From NCBI GenBank assembly GCA_021776595.1, contig JAJFFP010000077.1:12218-76217 (forward strand): a stretch of 64,000 bases of DNA. The letters are read 5' to 3'. The position numbers and the translations under genes are program-made. This document shows, one piece after another, positions 47,147 through 57,479 of the stretch. Under the pieces are notes generated by a model. The model searched no databases and was not told the origin of the DNA. It saw only the letters and a program-made list of their open reading frames with translations. Source of the DNA: Robiginitomaculum sp. (GTDB taxonomy: Bacteria; Pseudomonadota; Alphaproteobacteria; Caulobacterales; Maricaulaceae). The first letter of the stretch is position 1. Every line of letters starts with the position of its first letter.

Positions 47147-48172
47147 ATGCGGCTGTTTTTTATCGCATTTGCTATTATGGGGCTGGTATCGGCATGCACA
47201 ATCCCCAAGGATAAAGCTGAAACGCAAGCGGTTAGACCGGCGGAAAAAGAAACGCCCGTGGTGGGTAAAGGGCGGCTGATCCCGATTTCCACACCCAAAG
47301 GTGAGTTTAAGGTCTGGACCAAAAAGGTGGGAGATAATCCGCGCATCAAAGTATTGCTCTTGCACGGCGGTCCAGCCATGACTCACGAAATATACGAAGT
47401 GTTCGGCAAACATTTTCCCGATGCAGGGATTGAGTTTTACTATTATGACCAGCTCGGCTCTTACTTTTCCGACCAGCCCGACGAGCCGGCATTGTGGCAA
47501 ACCGCCCGCTTCGTTGAAGAGGTTGAGCAGGTGCGAAAGGCTTTGGGACTTGGGCCGGACAATTTTTATCTGTTCGGACAATCCTGGGGCGGTATTCTGG
47601 CCATGGAATATGCCCTGAAATATCAGGACAATCTGAAGGGCCTGATCATATCCAATATGATGTCCAGCATACCGGAGTATAATACCTATGCCGCCAATGT
47701 GCTGATGAAGGATATGGACCCGGCGGTGCTGGCAGAGTTGCAGGCACTGGAAGCCAAAAAGGATTATGACAATCCGCGTTATAGCCAACTCTTGATTGAT
47801 AACCATTATATTTATCACATTTTGCGGATGCCGGCTGCGGATTGGCCGGACGAGATCAACCGTGCCTTTGCTCACCTTAATCCCAAAATCTATATCCCCA
47901 TGCAGGGGCCAAGCGAACTGGGTGCCAGTGGTATTCTGGGCGATTGGGACCGTCGTGAGGACCTGAAACAAATCCATGTGCCAACGCTGGTGATTGGCTC
48001 TACCTATGACACCATGGACCCCAAACACATGGAATGGATGGCGGGCGAGGTGCAAAATGGCCGGTTTTATCTGTGCCCTAACGGCTCACACCTGTCACAA
48101 TATGATGACGAGGAAAACTTCTTCAAAGGTCTGATCCAGTTCATCGAAGATGTCGATCAGGGTAAATTTTGA
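47147..48172 (+). CDS. proline iminopeptidase-family alpha/beta hydrolase, lipoprotein
   Basis: Lipobox GLVSAC. LLHGGPAMTHE, nucleophile GQSWGG, GSHLSQYDDEE. Confidence 0.85.
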   Translation: MRLFFIAFAIMGLVSACTIPKDKAETQAVRPAEKETPVVGKGRLIPISTPKGEFKVWTKKVGDNPRIKVLLLHGGPAMTHEIYEVFGKHFPDAGIEFYYYDQLGSYFSDQPDEPALWQTARFVEEVEQVRKALGLGPDNFYLFGQSWGGILAMEYALKYQDNLKGLIISNMMSSIPEYNTYAANVLMKDMDPAVLAELQALEAKKDYDNPRYSQLLIDNHYIYHILRMPAADWPDEINRAFAHLNPKIYIPMQGPSELGASGILGDWDRREDLKQIHVPTLVIGSTYDTMDPKHMEWMAGEVQNGRFYLCPNGSHLSQYDDEENFFKGLIQFIEDVDQGKF

Positions 48173-48264
48173 ACTAATGCCAGACACACAAATTTTGGTG
48201 AGCCTTTCAGCCGTTTATTAAGGGTTTTGCGCCATAGTCCTCTTCGGGGCAAAAAGGTGTGGTG

Positions 48265-49353
48265 ATGAACGCGGTCGAACTGATCAGAACAGAAGACTTG
48301 ACGGCAGAAGACCTGGCGCTCTGGCACGGCTGGCGTAATGCTGATGCGGATCAGGGCAGCCCGTATTTTTCGCCTGATTGGGTCCGGGCCGTATCCAGGG
48401 TGCGTAATGATGTGCGTATCGCCATTTTTTATAATGAAAGCGGACGAAAGTGCGCCTTTTTACCAGTGCAGCGCCCGTCCCGGTTTGTTCTGCAACCGGC
48501 TGGCGGTCCTTTATGTGATTATCAGGGTGTGATTGGTGCTTCGGGGCATTTGCCGGAAATGAATGCCTTGCTGAACAGCGCCGGGGTGGGCCGGTTTGAT
48601 TTTTCAAATGTCCTGGCCAAGCAATCTCTTTTTGCCAGCCATACCCGTGAAATTCATGTTTCGCGGGTTATTAATCTCACTCATGGCTATGAGGCTTATT
48701 TGCAAAACCGTCGGGAGGCCGGCTCCAGCGAGACCAAGCGAGCGCGTAAGCGCAAGCGCAAAATGTCCCGTGATATTGGCCCGGTGCGGCTGGAGGCCCA
48801 TTGCCGCGACGATGCCATTCTTGACCAGCTTATTGCCTGGAAATGCGATCAATATAAACGCACCGGGCAAACCGATATTTTTACCCGTGACTGGGCCATG
48901 TCGCTGGTGCGGGATTTATTTTCCAGACCGGGCGAAAATTTAAGCGCGGAATTGTTTGTGCTTTATGCTGGCGATACCATTGCCGCCTTGAATTTATGCT
49001 TGCGCTCCGGCCCGGTCATGCACTGCTGGTTTATTGCCCATGATCCGGCCTTGTCACATTTCTCACCGGGGCTGGTTCTTTTTGAAGAATTGATCGAATA
49101 CGCCTGCACCAGAAACATTGCCGAGATTGATCTGGGTGCCGGAGATTATCGTTTCAAGCTCAATCTGGCCAATGCGGCGCGGGCCATGTGTGGCGGATTT
49201 GTTGGCTCAAACGCACTTTCGGCGCGCTTGCGATCCATGGAATATCAAGTGCGCGATCTGTTTGAAGCCTTGCCTCTTGGTCCGGTTTCCACCTGGCCCG
49301 GCAAGGCTATGCGGCGTCATGATCTGCATCTTGGTTTAAGGGTTGGTCCTTAA
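48265..49353 (+). CDS. GNAT-fold acetyltransferase of the CelD/BcsL (Acetyltransf_6, FemAB-like) family
   Basis: ATG 48265 (MNAVELIRTEDL...). SPYFSPDWVRAV, FIAHDPALSHFSPGLVLFEELIEYA...IDLGAGDYRFK pattern is present. Confidence 0.7.
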   Translation: MNAVELIRTEDLTAEDLALWHGWRNADADQGSPYFSPDWVRAVSRVRNDVRIAIFYNESGRKCAFLPVQRPSRFVLQPAGGPLCDYQGVIGASGHLPEMNALLNSAGVGRFDFSNVLAKQSLFASHTREIHVSRVINLTHGYEAYLQNRREAGSSETKRARKRKRKMSRDIGPVRLEAHCRDDAILDQLIAWKCDQYKRTGQTDIFTRDWAMSLVRDLFSRPGENLSAELFVLYAGDTIAALNLCLRSGPVMHCWFIAHDPALSHFSPGLVLFEELIEYACTRNIAEIDLGAGDYRFKLNLANAARAMCGGFVGSNALSARLRSMEYQVRDLFEALPLGPVSTWPGKAMRRHDLHLGLRVGP

Positions 49354-49362
49354 CCGCGAGAT

Positions 49363-50394
49363 TTATGCACCCCAGAAACCTATGGTTTGTCGCACTTCAT
49401 CAATAATTGGTGCGGCAATTGCATTGGCCCGCTCTGCCCCGTCTTTTAGCACGGCATCAATATGCGCCGGATCAGCGTTCACGCGGGTCAGCTCTTCACC
49501 AATGGGGGTGATCGCCTGCACCAGAAGCTCGGTCAAAGCGGATTTGAATATGCCAAATCCCTGTCCGGCATATTCATCCAGAACGTCCTGATCACTAACC
49601 TCTGCCAGCGCCGCATAGATACCCACCAGATTGGCGGCTCCGTCGCGACCTTTTAGTTCTCCAGGGCTGTGCGGAATGGGTTCGGGGTCGGTGCGCGCCT
49701 TTTTAATCTTGCGGGCAATGGTGTCAGCATCATCTTCCAGATTGATGCGTGACAGGTCCGAAGCATCAGACTTTGACATTTTTTTTGTGCCATCTTTTAA
49801 GCTCATTATCCGTGCGCCGGGTCCCTTGATCAAAGGCTCCGGCAGCGGGAAAAACCTCGGCGCATTATAATCACGGTTAAACCGTTCAGCGATGTCGCGC
49901 GATAGCTCCAAATGCTGCTTTTGATCCTCACCCACGGGCACGTGCGTAGCTTTATAGGCCAAAATATCGGCGGCCTGCAGCACCGGATAATCAAACAAGC
50001 CGACTGAGGCGCGCTCCTTGTCCTTACCGGCTTTGTCCTTGAACTGGGTCATGCGCTCCAGCCAGCCCATGCGCGCCGAGCAATTAAATATCCACGCCAG
50101 TTCGCTATGGGCCTTAACCGCGCTTTGCACAAACAAGATCGCCCGTTTTGGGTCCAGACCGGCGGCCAGAAAGGCGGCGGTGATTTTACGGGTATTATCG
50201 GCCAGGGTTTTGGGGTCCTGGGGTATGGTAATGGCATGCAGGTCCACGACACAAAATATGCAATCATGGGATTCTTGCAGGGCGACAAATTTTTTCAGCG
50301 CTCCCAGATAATTACCCAGGTGCAGGGCGCCGGTGGGCTGAACCCCGGAAAACACCCGTTCAGGGCCGTTATAGTCTGCAGAAGGGTTGCTCAT
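49363..50394 (-). CDS. trpS: tryptophan--tRNA ligase
   Basis: [18 protein letters not shown] (HIGH-type), [19 protein letters not shown]. Confidence 0.93.
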   Translation of the reverse strand: MSNPSADYNGPERVFSGVQPTGALHLGNYLGALKKFVALQESHDCIFCVVDLHAITIPQDPKTLADNTRKITAAFLAAGLDPKRAILFVQSAVKAHSELAWIFNCSARMGWLERMTQFKDKAGKDKERASVGLFDYPVLQAADILAYKATHVPVGEDQKQHLELSRDIAERFNRDYNAPRFFPLPEPLIKGPGARIMSLKDGTKKMSKSDASDLSRINLEDDADTIARKIKKARTDPEPIPHSPGELKGRDGAANLVGIYAALAEVSDQDVLDEYAGQGFGIFKSALTELLVQAITPIGEELTRVNADPAHIDAVLKDGAERANAIAAPIIDEVRQTIGFWGA

Positions 50395-50447
50395 AATCTA
50401 TGCTTTTCTTTTTTAGATTAGCGGCGTAGCCAAGGTTGAAGATCAGG

Positions 50448-51989
50448 TCAAGAACGACGCAACAGTGATTTGATTTCCCTTAATCGAACCGCGCGCGTTA
50501 GCAAGGCTGCCATGGCAAAAACCAACACGCCGATCAGGGCAAGTGCAATGGCGCTAAGCAGTGGATGGGCCGGCACCTCGATCAAGGCTGCGCGTAAAGG
50601 TTCCGCCATGAATACCAGCGCCACCCCCATTAATACCGCCGCTCCCAGCAGACGGGCAAGACGTGAAATTACTCTTCGATCCGGGATAAACAGCCCTTGC
50701 CGCCACAAACCCGAACCCAAAGCCAGGGCATTAACCCATCCGGCGATGCTGGTGGCGATAGCCAGGCCGACAAAACCGATGGTGAAAAACAGCATCGCCC
50801 CCAGAGTAACATTCACGACCATGGACAGCGCCGCAAACTGCATGGGAGTTTTGGTATCCTCGCGGGCAAAATACCCCGGTGCAAAAACCTTGCTTAAAAT
50901 AAAAGATGGCAGGCCAAAGGCATAGGCCATGAGGGCTTGGCCGGTTGCTTGCGCATCATGGGGGGTGAAGGCACCGCGCAAAAATACGCCCTCGATAAAA
51001 TAAGTTGGCAATACCCCAAGTGCGATGGCTGCGGGAAGGGTAAGCGCCGCTGATAAAACTAGGGCCTCGTTCAGGGTTCGCGCCGCGCCTTTTTCATCAC
51101 CGCCGCGCACTTGCCGGGCAAGCCCCGGCAAAAGGGCCACGCCCATGGCAATGCCCACCACCCCCAGGGGCAATTGGTAAAGCCGGTCCGCATAATAAAG
51201 CCAGGCTACCGCGCCTTCCTGAAAGCTGGCAAATATTTGTCCGACAACCAGATTAATCTGCACCACGCCGGCGGCAATCGCACCTGGCACCCCAAGGGCG
51301 ATCAGGCGGCGCACACCGGGGGTAAGGCGCGGTTTCTTCAGACCCAGCTTTATACCCAAACGGCGACAGGCCAGCGCCACCAGAAAAACCTGCAAGGCCC
51401 CGGAAAGCGAAACGCCTATACTCAGGCGCAAGGCGGCACTGGCGGGTTCGGCGGGGGTGTTGAGCAGGATGGATACCAGCACAACATTAAGAATAATGGG
51501 CGTTGAGGCAGCCACTGCAAAGCGCATATGCGCATTCAATATACCGCTCAGCATGGCGGTGAGCGACATAAACACGATATAGGGCATGGTGATCTGGGCA
51601 AAAAGTACGGTTTTGGCAAACAGGTCCGGATCCGCCAGAAAACCCGGTGCCATCGCTTTCATAATCCAGGGCATGGCCAGTTCGCTGACCAACATCAGTA
51701 TAAGCAATGAGGTTAAGAGCACAGAATAGGCCTCACGGGCAAATTCATCGGCGGCATTTTGGCCTTCAACTTCCAGCTTGCCCGCATAAAGTGGCACAAA
51801 CGCCGAATTAAATGCCCCCTCGGCAAACCACCTTCTAAACAAGTTTGGAAACCGAAAAGCGACCACGAAGGCGCTGGCCATGGGCCCTGAACCCAGCACC
51901 GCCGCCATCAGCATTTCGCGGACAAAGCCAGCCAGGCGACTGATCATGGTCAGACCGCCAACCACCATAGAGTTTTTGAACAGTTTCAT
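50448..51989 (-). CDS. murJ: lipid II flippase MurJ (MviN)
   Basis: 513 aa and about 14 TM. N-terminal SRLAGFVREMLMAAVLGSGPMASAFVVAFRFPNLFRRWFAEGAFNSAFVP is typical of MurJ. Confidence 0.9.
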   Translation of the reverse strand: MKLFKNSMVVGGLTMISRLAGFVREMLMAAVLGSGPMASAFVVAFRFPNLFRRWFAEGAFNSAFVPLYAGKLEVEGQNAADEFAREAYSVLLTSLLILMLVSELAMPWIMKAMAPGFLADPDLFAKTVLFAQITMPYIVFMSLTAMLSGILNAHMRFAVAASTPIILNVVLVSILLNTPAEPASAALRLSIGVSLSGALQVFLVALACRRLGIKLGLKKPRLTPGVRRLIALGVPGAIAAGVVQINLVVGQIFASFQEGAVAWLYYADRLYQLPLGVVGIAMGVALLPGLARQVRGGDEKGAARTLNEALVLSAALTLPAAIALGVLPTYFIEGVFLRGAFTPHDAQATGQALMAYAFGLPSFILSKVFAPGYFAREDTKTPMQFAALSMVVNVTLGAMLFFTIGFVGLAIATSIAGWVNALALGSGLWRQGLFIPDRRVISRLARLLGAAVLMGVALVFMAEPLRAALIEVPAHPLLSAIALALIGVLVFAMAALLTRAVRLREIKSLLRRS

Positions 51990-54685
51990 TGGCGCTCGCT
52001 GACGGCTGCCGGTTTAATCTGATTTCCCGGCGGATCGTTTCTGGCATTGTGAATTACATTTCTTAACTTTGTGCCAAGCGTTTTTAGCCTGCGCTTGTTT
52101 TCGATTTTTTGTCCATCTGGCTCATGCACATAAAAAACATCGACCGCACGGGCGCCATAAGTGGCGATGTGCGCCGAATGTATGCTAAGGCCGCTTTTCC
52201 AGAGCACGTTTGCCAGATCATGCAGCAATCCCTGACGATCGCGGCCACTGGTTTCAATCACGCTATGTTGTGCCGAGGCATCATGATCAAAAACCACCGA
52301 AGGAATGACCTGAAAAGCGGCGGCGCGGCGCGAAATGTTTTGCACCTTTTGTACAGGTAATTTTTTGCCCACAATCACCCGTTTTGTCAATTCTTCCAGG
52401 CGATCCAGGGCGCGGGGGTTATGCAGACCAAACGGGTTTCCATCGCGATCCTGAATATAAAATATATCAAAGGCTCTGCCATCTCTGGTGGTGAAAATAC
52501 GTGCGCCGGCGATATTGCCACCCGCTGCGCATACCGCACCGCAGAGTTTTGCAAAAAGACCGGGGGCATCATCAGCAAGAATGCGCATTACGGTACTGGC
52601 GTTGGATGGAAGTGGTTTTAGAAATACTCCCGTGCGACTTTGGACATTGGTCAGTTTTTCAACCCACGTACCATGGCGGATTATAGTGGGTTCGTCAAAG
52701 GCGGTCCAATAGGAAGGCCCCAGTGTTTGTATCCACTCATTGGCAAATGCCTTGTCGCTAGATGCAGCGACAAAATTATCTTGGGCGGCTTTGGCCTTCT
52801 CTGCCGCCTGAAGTTGCAGGGTTTGTAAGTTCTGCGCCGCCTTGCCGCGAAAGAGCGCCGTGGTGGCTTCATAGAGTTCACGCAAAAGGCGATCTTTCCA
52901 GCCATTCCACACCTCCGGGCCAACGGCACTGATGTCGGCAATGGTGAGCAAGAGCAGCAGCCGTAATCGCTCTGGTGTCTGCACGATATTGGCAAAGTCC
53001 AATATGGTGCGCGGATCGCCCAGATCGCGTCGCTGGGCCGTATCACTCATTAGCAAATGATGCCCGACCAGCCAGCTGGCAAGACGGGTTTGTGCCGCGC
53101 TTCTGCCCATTCTGGCGCAGGCGGTACTGGTGGCCTGGGCACCGGCAATTTGCTGATCGCCCTTGCCCTTGCCGGTATCGTGTAACAACATGGCCAGATA
53201 GAGCGCTTCCCGGTTTTCAATGGCCCTGGTTACTGGGGCTATCCATGGTGGGCAATTTTCAGGGTTATTGGCAAACATGTTATGTAAAATGCCAACGGCA
53301 CGCAGGGTATGCTCATCCACCGTATAGCGATGATACATGTTAAACTGGGTTCGTCCGGTGATCTGCCCAAATTCTGGAATATAGCGCCCCAATACGCCAC
53401 TTTCGCTCATCACACGCAACAGGGTTTCCGGGTTTCGGCTATGGGTAAGGCAGTTAAGAAAAACTTCTGCTGCTTTTGGGCTTTGGCGAAATTCGGCATC
53501 AATTTTTGATAAATGATCACGCACCAGCCGCAGGGCATCCGGGTGAATGTCCTGTCCGGTTTCATCGGCAATTTTGAACAGGCGGAGCAAGTTTATTGGC
53601 TGATCAGGTATCACGGTTTCATCGGCAAAGTTCAGACGGTCAGCTTCGCTGACAAACCCCTTGGCCTTTAGGGCATGGCGTCGCTGGGGAAAAAGACGGC
53701 TCATTCCGGTGGGCGCGCGCTTGGCGGCAATCATTTCCAGCTTGGCGCAAAACACGCGGGTCAGAATGCCGACATCGCGCACTTTGAGGAAATAGGCCTT
53801 CATCAATCGCTCCGCCGCCGGGGTATCGCGATAGCCCATAAGCCGCGCAAGTTCCGGCTGCATATCAAACCCCAGACGCTCTTCGGCGCGGCCGGCTCTC
53901 AGGTGCAGCCAAAACCTCACCGTCCACATAAATCGCATTGCCTGATCATATTGGCGCAGGCTTTGCGTATCCAGGAATGAGGATAAAGCGGCGCGCGGGG
54001 TGCGGTGCGAGGGTTCCAGGCGCCCAGCCAGCCAGCCAAGGGTTTGCAGATCGCGCAACCCGCCTTTGCCATCCTTGATATGCGGCTCAACCATATAACG
54101 GCTCGCCCCCTGCCGGTGATGGCGCTTGTCCCGCTCATCCAGTTTGTTTGCAATAAACTCCCGGTCGGCTCTGGCACCGGGTTTGGCGGTAAGCAGATGG
54201 CGCAGCCGAGCCGCCAGCACCTCATTGCCTACCAAAACCCGAATATCCATCATGGCAGTTGCACTAACCGGGTCTGCTCCGGCCATTTTGGCACATTCTT
54301 CTGGTTGACGCAGGGCATTGCCGACTTTTAATCCCAGATCCCAAAGAAGATAGAGCAAATCCTTATACACCTCTTCCAGCATGGGCGGCGGGTTTGTTTC
54401 ATGCAGCAAGAGAAGATCAATATCTGAATATGGGGCCAGTTCGCCGCGCCCATAGCCACCGATGGCGCAGAGGCAAAACGGGACATTTTTCACGCCCTCC
54501 TGGTTCGGCATAATGGTGTGGGCAAGGCTGGTAAAGGTGGTAATAATAATCTCGTCATGGGTGGCGCTAAGGGACTTGGCAGCCAACAGGCCATCTCGCT
54601 TTGTGCTCAGAATGTGTTGTGCCTTTTGCAGCCCTTCTTCGCGCATGGCCTTTAAGGCCGGCGCATCGGGACACGGGACGGTCAT
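51986..54685 (-). CDS. glnD: [protein-PII] uridylyltransferase/uridylyl-removing enzyme
   Basis: NTase motif GGYGRGELAPYSDIDLL, HD domain LLHDTGKG, two C-terminal ACT-like regions. ATGA overlaps on both sides (mutS stop, murJ start). Confidence 0.93.
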   Translation of the reverse strand: MTVPCPDAPALKAMREEGLQKAQHILSTKRDGLLAAKSLSATHDEIIITTFTSLAHTIMPNQEGVKNVPFCLCAIGGYGRGELAPYSDIDLLLLHETNPPPMLEEVYKDLLYLLWDLGLKVGNALRQPEECAKMAGADPVSATAMMDIRVLVGNEVLAARLRHLLTAKPGARADREFIANKLDERDKRHHRQGASRYMVEPHIKDGKGGLRDLQTLGWLAGRLEPSHRTPRAALSSFLDTQSLRQYDQAMRFMWTVRFWLHLRAGRAEERLGFDMQPELARLMGYRDTPAAERLMKAYFLKVRDVGILTRVFCAKLEMIAAKRAPTGMSRLFPQRRHALKAKGFVSEADRLNFADETVIPDQPINLLRLFKIADETGQDIHPDALRLVRDHLSKIDAEFRQSPKAAEVFLNCLTHSRNPETLLRVMSESGVLGRYIPEFGQITGRTQFNMYHRYTVDEHTLRAVGILHNMFANNPENCPPWIAPVTRAIENREALYLAMLLHDTGKGKGDQQIAGAQATSTACARMGRSAAQTRLASWLVGHHLLMSDTAQRRDLGDPRTILDFANIVQTPERLRLLLLLTIADISAVGPEVWNGWKDRLLRELYEATTALFRGKAAQNLQTLQLQAAEKAKAAQDNFVAASSDKAFANEWIQTLGPSYWTAFDEPTIIRHGTWVEKLTNVQSRTGVFLKPLPSNASTVMRILADDAPGLFAKLCGAVCAAGGNIAGARIFTTRDGRAFDIFYIQDRDGNPFGLHNPRALDRLEELTKRVIVGKKLPVQKVQNISRRAAAFQVIPSVVFDHDASAQHSVIETSGRDRQGLLHDLANVLWKSGLSIHSAHIATYGARAVDVFYVHEPDGQKIENKRRLKTLGTKLRNVIHNARNDPPGNQIKPAAVSERQ

Positions 54686-57393
54686 TGCTTGTCCTCGCCC
54701 AGCATGTCTTTTAGCTGGTAGAGCGCATCCAGCGCTTCACGGGGCGATAAATCATCCGGACGCATCTCTTTTAAGGCCTTGAGCGCGGGTGAGGGCTTGC
54801 TCATCGGGTTTTGCAAAGTCTGTGGCGCCTGAAACAACGGCAGATCATCCAGCGCCGGGCTTTTATAGGTTTTGTCTTTTTCCAGACGTGCCAGCACTTC
54901 GGCGGCGCGGGCAATAGCGGCATCGGGAAGCCCGGCAAGACGTGCCACATGCACGCCGTAAGAACGATCCGCCGCGCCGTTGACCACTTCATGCAAAAAG
55001 ATAAGCTCGCCCTCCCATTCGCGTGCGCGCAAAGAGAGATTGGACGCACCGGAAAGGGTCGCCGTCAATGTGGTCAACTCATGATAATGAGTGGCAAACA
55101 AGGCTCTCGACTGATTAACCCGATATAGATGTTCGGCCACCGCCCATGCAATCGCAAGGCCATCAAAAGTAGAGGTGCCGCGCCCTATCTCGTCCAGAAT
55201 AACCAGCGCTCGTGGCCCGGCCTGGTTCAAGATGGCTGCGGTTTCAATCATTTCAGCCATAAAGGTAGACCGTCCTCGGCCCAGATCATCGGCGGCCCCC
55301 ACCCGGCTGAATACCCGGTCCACCAAACCAATACTGGCCGCTCTTGCGGGCACATAAAGACCGGCCTGTGCCATGATGGCAATCAACGCATTTTGGCGTA
55401 AATAGGTAGATTTACCGGCCATGTTTGGCCCAGTGACAAAGCAAAGCCTTGATGCCGTTTCGGCGCGCCCATCCAGTGCACAATCATTGGCCGTAAAAGG
55501 TGTAGTGCCCTCGGTCTTTAAGGCTTCTTCAACCACAGGGTGACGGCCTCCCTCAATCAAAAATACCGGCTCTTTTTCCATTTTTGGCCGCACCGCTTTA
55601 TGTTCACTGGCCCAACTGGCGGCGCCGGCGGCTACATCAATGACGGCCAGTGCTTGTGCGCGTTCGCGTATCGTTGTGGCCAATACACGGATGCGGGCGT
55701 TGAATGCCTCAAAAATTTCTGTTTCCAGTGCCAGGGCACGTTCTGTTGCGCCATTAATTTTGGCATCCAGACCGGTAAGTTCGGTGGTCGAAAAACGCAC
55801 CGCCCCGGCCAGAGTCTGGCGATGGTTAAACTGAGCGCTTAAAGGCTCAACCATCAATCTATCGGCATGGCGCGGTGTCACCTCGATAAAATAACCCAGC
55901 ACCTTATTGTGTTTGATTTTCAAGGAAGGCACATCACAGGTTTTGACGTATTGCGCCTGTAAGCGGGCGATCACCTGGCGGGCATCGCGGCCAAGCGTGC
56001 GGGTTTCATCCAGTGCCGCCGACCAGCCTTTGGCAATATAACCGCCATCACGGACATATAGTGGTAATTCATCCTGCAAGGCTTTTTGCAGATCGCGGCA
56101 TAACACGCCCGCTTCACTGTCACCGGCCAGTGAAAGCGTTTGCAGTGCACAGCCAAGCGCCTCCGGGGGCGGCGATAAAGCCCTGGTGGGAAAGACCGCG
56201 TTCATGGCTTCTCCGCCATTTAGAACTTGCGCAATCGCTGCCAGATCACGCGGCCCGCCACGATTGAGCATTAGCCGGGATAGGGCGCGTTCGCCATCCG
56301 GGCAACGCCGTAAAGCCTCACGAACCTTTTCCAAAATGGAAGGTTCCTGCAAAAAATAATCAACGGCATCATGCTGTTGGCCAATCGTGTTCAAATCCAG
56401 TGAAGGCCGGGTCAGCCGGTCGGCAAACAACCGGCCGCCAGCCGCACTTAATGTGCAATCCAGCGTGGCCAGCAAGGCCCCTTTTTTCTTACCCGCAAGG
56501 GTGGTGGTTAATTCCAGCGATGCACGGGTTGCCGGATCAATGGCCATCCAGCCCTGTTGGTCCAGGTGACAGGGCGGTGTTAGGCGTGTTGGCTGCCCGG
56601 CCTGGGTGATTTGCAGGTAATTATGCAAGGCACAAAGGACGCTTTTTTCGCCATTGGTAAAATTGCCAAAACCATCAAGTGTGTTCACGCCAAAGGCCTT
56701 GCTAAGGGAAGGCAAATGCTGGCGCGCACTAAAATTGCTGGCGGGCAAGGGTGTTGTTTGCAAACCGGGAAGGGCAATGTCTACCTGTGTAATGACGTCC
56801 TGTCCGGCGTGATCACTCACCAGAACCTCGCGCGGGCCAAGGGCGCTTAACAATTCTGTGGCACCTTGTTTATCCATATGGCTGGCACAAAATTCACTGG
56901 TTGAAATATCCGCCCAGGCCAGCGCCCATGTTCCGGTGCCATCAAGATGCAGGGCACAGATACGGCTGGCCTGTCTTGGGTCCAACAGGCTTTCTTCGGT
57001 CAGGGTGCCGGGGGTAACAATGCGCACAATTTCGCGCCGCACCACCGCCTTGTGTCCGCGTTTTTTGGTCTCGGACGGATTTTCGGTCTGCTCGCATATG
57101 GCCACGCGATGTCCTTTGGCGATCAGGCGGGGCAGATAGGTCTGCGCGGCCACCACCGGCACGCCGCACATGGGAATGTCCTCGCCCAGATGTTTTCCGC
57201 GTTTGGTCAGCGCAATACCCAGCGAGGCCGAAGCGGCTCTCGCATCGTCAAAGAATAGTTCATAGAAATCACCCATGCGATAAAACAGCAGGGCATCAGG
57301 CGCGCTTTCCTTAATGGCCAGATACTGGGCCATCATCGGGGTGGGTTCGCTCTTGGTCGCTTTACGCGTAGATGATGTGGAAGGTTTGACCAT
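54682..57393 (-). CDS. mutS: DNA mismatch repair protein MutS
   Basis: TPMMAQYLAIK...FYRMGDFYELFF, Walker A GPNMAGKST, DEIGRGTST. The start is uncertain (57393 chosen; the ORF is open to 57444). Confidence 0.93.
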   Translation of the reverse strand: MVKPSTSSTRKATKSEPTPMMAQYLAIKESAPDALLFYRMGDFYELFFDDARAASASLGIALTKRGKHLGEDIPMCGVPVVAAQTYLPRLIAKGHRVAICEQTENPSETKKRGHKAVVRREIVRIVTPGTLTEESLLDPRQASRICALHLDGTGTWALAWADISTSEFCASHMDKQGATELLSALGPREVLVSDHAGQDVITQVDIALPGLQTTPLPASNFSARQHLPSLSKAFGVNTLDGFGNFTNGEKSVLCALHNYLQITQAGQPTRLTPPCHLDQQGWMAIDPATRASLELTTTLAGKKKGALLATLDCTLSAAGGRLFADRLTRPSLDLNTIGQQHDAVDYFLQEPSILEKVREALRRCPDGERALSRLMLNRGGPRDLAAIAQVLNGGEAMNAVFPTRALSPPPEALGCALQTLSLAGDSEAGVLCRDLQKALQDELPLYVRDGGYIAKGWSAALDETRTLGRDARQVIARLQAQYVKTCDVPSLKIKHNKVLGYFIEVTPRHADRLMVEPLSAQFNHRQTLAGAVRFSTTELTGLDAKINGATERALALETEIFEAFNARIRVLATTIRERAQALAVIDVAAGAASWASEHKAVRPKMEKEPVFLIEGGRHPVVEEALKTEGTTPFTANDCALDGRAETASRLCFVTGPNMAGKSTYLRQNALIAIMAQAGLYVPARAASIGLVDRVFSRVGAADDLGRGRSTFMAEMIETAAILNQAGPRALVILDEIGRGTSTFDGLAIAWAVAEHLYRVNQSRALFATHYHELTTLTATLSGASNLSLRAREWEGELIFLHEVVNGAADRSYGVHVARLAGLPDAAIARAAEVLARLEKDKTYKSPALDDLPLFQAPQTLQNPMSKPSPALKALKEMRPDDLSPREALDALYQLKDMLGEDKQ

Positions 57394-57479
57394 AAGGGGC
57401 AAATTAGGCCATGAACGCATAAACGCAATCATCATTGCGCGCAAAATGGAGCGAAACCGCCATGGGCCGTAAAAAACAC

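Noticed and set aside
47108-48055. 315-aa ORF on the minus strand
   Set aside because: It lies entirely antisense to the well-supported proline iminopeptidase gene (47147-48172). Its translation is low-complexity (His/Gln/Ile-rich) with no recognisable motifs, which is typical of a shadow ORF.
50394-50420. TAATCTA-N13-TAGATTA inverted repeat overlapping the trpS start codon
   Set aside because: It is a 7-bp AT-rich stem with a 13-nt loop and is thermodynamically weak. It lacks T-box or attenuator features. Chance or a minor murJ-trpS spacer structure explains it adequately.
50394-57393. mutS-glnD-murJ(-trpS) string with ATGA overlaps as something unusual
   Set aside because: As far as I recall, this gene order next to maeB is a conserved alphaproteobacterial arrangement. 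The overlaps are real, but the synteny is ordinary.
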